A stretch of 28,277 bases of DNA from Geosiphon pyriformis uo1 (Eukaryota; Fungi; Glomeromycota). A model generated the notes under the pieces. That model did no database searches, had not been told where the DNA came from, and saw only the letters and a program-made list of their open reading frames with translations. The translations under genes were made by a program, and so were the position numbers. Shown here one piece after another: positions 23,249 to 28,277 of the stretch. The stretch is taken from positions 1 through 28,277 of the forward strand of contig JAAOMT010000269.1 in assembly GCA_016748015.1 (NCBI GenBank), given 5' to 3'. Each line of letters opens with the position of its first letter. Position 1 is the first letter of the stretch.

Positions 23249-24062
23249 TGTTACAAGTAATTATTTGGAGTGTTGATACAAATAACAAACTCATAAATTG
23301 ATGCTTAATTGTTATAATAGTGTTGGTTTCTAAAGGTTTTTGTAATTTGAAAATTTTGGTGAAGTTTTTTATATAATGGACAAAGATTCAATAGTTGTTT
23401 TCAATAGTCTTCCAGAATTGTAATTCCATCAATTTCTTTTTCAGCTTAGTGGCCGGCAATTCTTTAGTAAGTAATTCTTAAATTCAAGTATCTACTTTTT
23501 TGCAGATGTCTTTTACCAGGCAATCTTTGATGTTAGTACTCAATGCTTAATTTTTTTAATCAATTTAGTAAACAACAAAAGAAAATAAAATAAAAAAAAT
23601 AAAAAAAAATAAAGAAATAAAGAAAATAAAATAAGAAATAAGTATTTCGTTAATAGCTGTGATCAAGAGTTATTGTGTTAACAGATTAAATAGTGGATAA
23701 TAATATATTTTATTGATATAATTTTATTTGGTTAATAGCAATTATCTTTGAAAAGAGAAGTATTTAATAATTATAATCTGCAAGTATAATTGACTCTAAG
23801 AGTCTAATTGATTAATTTTCTAGTTTCTGATACTACTACTATATATACATAATTTATGTTATATAAAATTTTTTGAATTCCTTAATTTTTTAGCCAGGAA
23901 TCCTGAAATTTCTGGAATTTTGTAATTTTTTATACAGGAATTCTGTAATTCTGGAATTCTGCAATTTTTTTAAAAGGAATCTTAGAATTTCACTTTTACT
24001 ACATCTATTCTGATTGGCTAATTTATGTACTAATATTTAATTCCTATATTTTATGAGTAATA
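23249..24062 (-). mobile_element. Solo LTR, family B (814 bp)
   Basis: Plus-strand termini TGTTAC...GTAATA with a perfect TTAT TSD (23245-23248 and 24063-24066). Homologous to 5560-5870, which fixes the orientation. The minus strand shows CCAATCAG, GAATTC-type repeats and TATATATA. Confidence 0.88.
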
Positions 24063-24656
24063 TTATCAAAGTTTTTAGTAGCAGGCAAAGCAGCAGCCAA
24101 CAACAAATTTTTAAACTTCTTTTAAACTTTTTTATTAATCTTACAAATTTTGTATTTCCATCTATTTTTAGTGAATTGTTTATGTATTAAATTAAGTTAA
24201 GAACTAAAAAATTCTTCCAAACCAATATCTACTAATATAACAAAATAATTAATATTAAAAAACTTATTTGAACAGTAAATTTGTTGATTAAGAAACAAAT
24301 TATAAATACTATTATTAATTAAAACAAAGTTTATGCATTTTTTAATTTTCTTAAAATTAAATTATATAAAAAGCTTATACAATAAAAACTAATAAAAAAA
24401 TTAAATAAACTCATATCTAAAAATTTTTTAAAACTTTTATTATAACCAGAATTATTTTTATTGAATTTATTATTAAAAACTATATATGTATTACTATTTA
24501 AAGTTTTATTTACTATAAAATTAATATTATAAAACTGGGCCAATTTTTTTTCTAAAATAACACTAATATATAACTTCAAAATAAAAATAAAAAAATAATT
24601 CTTAAATAGTAAATATATTAACAAAAATCAAGTAGCAATTTTTTAAATAAAACTGA

Positions 24657-26399
24657 TTATTAAGAAAAAAAAACTTAAAACCAAACCAAAATTGTTTACT
24701 TTGGCCAAAAGTTTTAAAACTATATCTAATAATTTCTTTATATTATTTTTTAATTTCAAAAAACTTGATAAATTTAAAAGTACTGCTTCTATAATAATTT
24801 TATTGTTAAAAATTATACTTAAACTCTTATTTATTACTATATTTACTCTTTAATTTTATAATAAAAGAGTTATTAACAACAGATATTTAGAATTAAACTA
24901 GAAAATTATTAGCTTAAATATATTTAATTTCTTAGTCAGCTAATCAATTTGTTTTACAAAACCAGTAAGACTGTGCTCAAAAACAATGAATTTATTATTT
25001 ATTTCTAATATAACTGATAAAAAAGACTTTATTTTTATAAAAAAATCAATTTTTAAAGATTTATTATACAGAAAAAAAGAGAAAAATAAGAAACTACTAA
25101 CAATTTTTGCCTAAAAAACTTTACCAAAAAAAACTAGATAAACAATAAAAGCTGAATATTTAGTGTAAATAATAGTAAGCCTGTTTTTATTTGCTTTTAA
25201 AAGAATCTTATAAAAAAAACTACCTAAAAAGACTTTCTTATTATTAGTATAACTAATTAATATATCTAATTTCTTATACTAAACATACTTGGCCATATTT
25301 AAATAAAACTAATACAGATTGTATTTCTTAGAACTAGTGTGGTATTTATAATAGTATTTAGTAAGTTAGCAGAATTAAAACAAATTATTACATATTTGGT
25401 CTAAGCATATATAACAGGATAACAATTAATTACATATGTTTTTTTATCTATAAATTTAATAAAGTCCTATATTTGTTTTTATTAACAATATATAAATCAG
25501 TGTTCTATTATAGTTTCTTGTGTTCTATGTTTTTTTGTTTATATTAGCTTTGGCAATTCTTATAGAATTTTTCTTAATTAGAATAGATTATTTTGCTATG
25601 ATTAAATTAACATAATCAGATTATTCAAATTCAATTATAGTCTTCTGTTATATTTTTATTAATTGTATTTTAATTGACACAATTATTCCAAATTCAAATA
25701 ATACAGTATGCACAATTCCAGCTAATATTCTAATTAGTATTTTTTTAACTATTACAATTTAATTTGAATATTTAGCAAATTTTCTGAAATTAGTATTTAC
25801 TAAGATGTTTATAGTTCTTGTTTTTTATTGCTTATGTTAAGTTTAATTTGGAAATAAATAATATATAAATAATCTTAATAAATTTTGAGAAAATAGAAAT
25901 TTTTTCAAAATTATTAATTTCAGAAAACAAATTTCCAATCATTTTTAACTTTTTTTAAGAAAACTTTTTTACTATAGTGTCTAAACTAATATTAAAATAA
26001 AAGATTTTTTAACAAATATATTAACAAGATTTTTTAAAGAAAAAAACAGAATTACAAAAACATTCAAAAAAACATTATTTTTATCTTTATTTATAAACTT
26101 AATCTTTTTTAAAATATGTTTAATGTTTTTTGGTCATCAATTTAAGTTCCTTAAATGTCTGATTTAGGTTGTTTTTATCCAAAATATTTTTTTATTGTAA
26201 TTTACATTGGAATTTTCCACTAAAAATTCTTTTTTTATATCAATATTATTGAATTTAGTAGTATTATTGGCTTTAAAATCTTAAGAACAATTAATTATTT
26301 TCTTGGCAAACAACTCTTTATTAACAATATTATCTTTTTTCTAGAAAAAACATTCTTATTAACAATATTAAAACCAGAATTTCTGGCAGATTTCTTTAT
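24657..26399 (-). pseudogene. LINE ORF1 pseudogene with degenerate zinc knuckle
   Basis: (M/I)KKSARNSG...KNSIRIAKANINKKT*NTRNYNRTLIY...KTYVINCYPVIYA*TKYVIICFNSA..., followed by a knuckle-like AKYV*YKKLD (Cys TGT>TAT). The stop overlaps the ORF2 start, as in the plus-strand copy. Confidence 0.75.
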
Positions 26400-26470
26400 A
26401 ACAGCAATATTAAAACCAATAATAGTCTTGTAATTAAATAAAAATAGTTTTGATTTATTAAATTAAATAG

Positions 26471-27780
26471 TATATAATAACAACTAAAAACTTTTTTATT
26501 AAAATTAAAACTTTTTGATAATTATTAGAATAAATAAAAAAAAAAGTTAATAATTTTAATTAAAAAAAATATTATAAATAGTATAAATTTAATTTAAAAA
26601 CAAGTTTTAAAAATTTTAAAATTATTTATTAAATTAATTTTCAATAAAAAACAAATTAAACAGAAAAACAAAAAATTAAGTTTAATAAAATTTAAATTAT
26701 TTTTGTTATGTTTTAAACAATATTTTTTTAATTATTGTATTAAATATAAATAATTATTTATATAATAATAAAAAAATTTTGACTAATTTATAAAAAAAGT
26801 ACTTTTTTATTATAAATTTGAATAAATAAATAACAAAAATATTATTTAAAATAATCGAAATAATAATAAAAAATTTAATTAAAACAGTAAATTAAATTTG
26901 TAAAAATTAATATACATAATTAATCTTAAAATTATAGTTGTTTAATTTTTTTAAAGAATTTAAAAAAATAATAATTTTTTATTATTATTTTATGTTTTAT
27001 TTACTTATTTTTAGAATTAATAATAAAATTTTAAAAATTTTATTTACAAAAATTGATTTGTTTAATAAATTTATAGTTAAATTTATTAGTGTTTTAAAAA
27101 TTTTAATTATTTTTTTATTGATTATTAAAAATAAATACCAAAATTTTTTTAAATTAAAAGTATTATTATTATTATTTTGTTGTTTAAAAATTCACAAAAC
27201 TATAATATATGTCTTTTAAATAATAAAAATAATAATTTAATAATTTTGTAAAAAATATATAAAAGTTATTAAATTTAAATATAAAGATATGTTTAAAATA
27301 AAAAATTAAATAAGCATTTAAATAAAAAATTGTTAAATACTTAAATAAAATAAAAACAAATAGTTTTTTTTAATTTATATTGCTTAATATAAGTTTAAAT
27401 TATTAGTTATATATAAAAAATGTGTAAGTAATATTTTTGTTACATATTTTAAGTTTTAATTAAATTATATTTAATTAAAAATAACATTATTAAATTTGTT
27501 TTATTTATAAATTAAATATATATACTTATTTAACAAGTTTAAAATTAATATAAAGTTACATATATATATGCAAAATAATAATGAAAATATATTTAATACT
27601 GGTTTAATTTTTTCTAATTTTAAAACTTACAATTATTTTTATTTTAAAATAATAAAACGAATTTTATTCAATATTAATGTATAAAACAATAATAATCTTA
27701 ATTTAAAAAAACAAAAATAATTTAATGAATATTGCATAATACAATAATTATTAAAAAAACAATTATATTATAGAGTAAAA
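26471..27780. other. Extremely AT-rich spacer with no recognisable coding content
   Basis: Nearly pure A/T. ORF 26938-27219 is only F/I/K/L/N/Y composition bias. Confidence 0.4.
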
Positions 27781-27931
27781 ACTCTGATTATTGTTGTAAT
27801 TTAACAAAGGCGGGTTTGTTACCTAAATAGTAAATTTATACTGATAAATTAAAGATCTGAAACGTCATTGACACGAACCAAACATATATTAGGCCATATC
27901 TTCCCAAACCATAACAAACACACAAAACACC

Positions 27932-28214
27932 ATGTCTGAAGATATTAAACGTGAATTAGAATACGTTAAGACCCAGTATGGGAGATGCGTGGAGGAGCTG
28001 AAGGAGTTTAGGAAGGGTGAGAAGGGAGATAGATTAGAAGAGTTGAAGAGGAATCTGAGAGTAAAAAAGTGGACGGATACTGATGAAAAAGAGGCATGGA
28101 TAGAAGAAAAGGAAGATCTGGAAAAGCAAGAAAAAAAGCTGGAGGCGAGCAAAGATAGATGGGAGTTGCAGATGGAAAAATTACAAGATCACTTTATAGA
28201 AACTAATAAGACAG
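27932..28214 (+). CDS. Exon 1 of an apparently intact gene with an N-terminal coiled coil; continues beyond the window
   Basis: Normal GC content with many CpGs, good start context (caccATGt) and an E/K-rich heptad-like protein. Splice donor AG|GTAACG at 28215 and branch-like GCTTAAC at ~28248. The acceptor is either TCAG at 28269 or lies just past the window after TTTTCCAT. Confidence 0.75.
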
Positions 28215-28277
28215 GTAACGACTTCGTAACTTGAGACATAGAGTAGAGCTTAACAAATTTGTAAATCAGTTTTCCAT

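Larger units (their letters stand above)
18787..24660 (-). pseudogene. LINE ORF2 pseudogene (APE-RT-RNase H-Zn finger), interrupted at 19856-20729 and 23249-24062
   Basis: Start ISFI*KIAT, then an internal deletion. ORF 24331-24624 is the APE core. AFVDN at ~22014-22028. RNase H: IYTNSL..., LAKIQTIALILKC, WAKIKDDLDVLNNEHAN. ORF 19257-19454 is the degenerate C-terminal finger region. Confidence 0.85.
18751..26470 (-). mobile_element. Near full-length, heavily decayed LINE of the same superfamily, interrupted by two solo LTRs
   Basis: ORF1 and ORF2 motifs are recoverable on the minus strand. Coding sequence resumes across both LTR insertions, in frame for LTR C and with a 1-nt shift in an A-run for LTR B. 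The 3' UTR is partly present at 18751-18786. The 5' end is approximate. Confidence 0.88.

Noticed and set aside
27889-28152. 87-aa Ser/Phe-rich minus-strand ORF
   Set aside because: It is the shadow of the purine-rich coding strand of the plus-strand gene.

Overview
This is a eukaryotic, very AT-rich window made almost entirely of nested, dead retrotransposons. It is probably fungal: the decayed proteins resemble, from memory, repeat families of Glomeromycotina such as Geosiphon, which I could not verify. Nearly all ORF-track calls are spurious or are fragments of these pseudogenes. Reading through the stop codons gives, left to right: (1) unassignable AT-rich DNA with a young 374-bp 5'-truncated LINE insertion (10-bp TSD) and a ~137-bp tandem repeat; (2) a minus-strand Ty3/gypsy remnant (family B: partial LTR, PBS, gag) fused head-to-head to (3) a plus-strand Ty3/gypsy element (family A, 5871-13893). 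Element A has a tRNA-Ile(UAU)-type PBS, gag, an unexplained Cys-rich domain, a dUTPase, RT, RNase H, integrase, an extra ORF3 and a truncated 3' LTR. Then come (4) a 5'-truncated plus-strand LINE (APE-RT-RNase H-CCHC), tail-to-tail with (5) a near full-length minus-strand LINE carrying two solo LTRs with 4-bp TSDs, and (6) the first exon of an apparently intact coiled-coil host gene at the right edge. The most striking signals are an almost purely C>T/G>A hypermutation of all repeats, not limited to CpG (about 49 transitions to 1 transversion between the two LTR copies of element A by hand count), and the cargo of element A (Cys-rich domain, dUTPase, ORF3).
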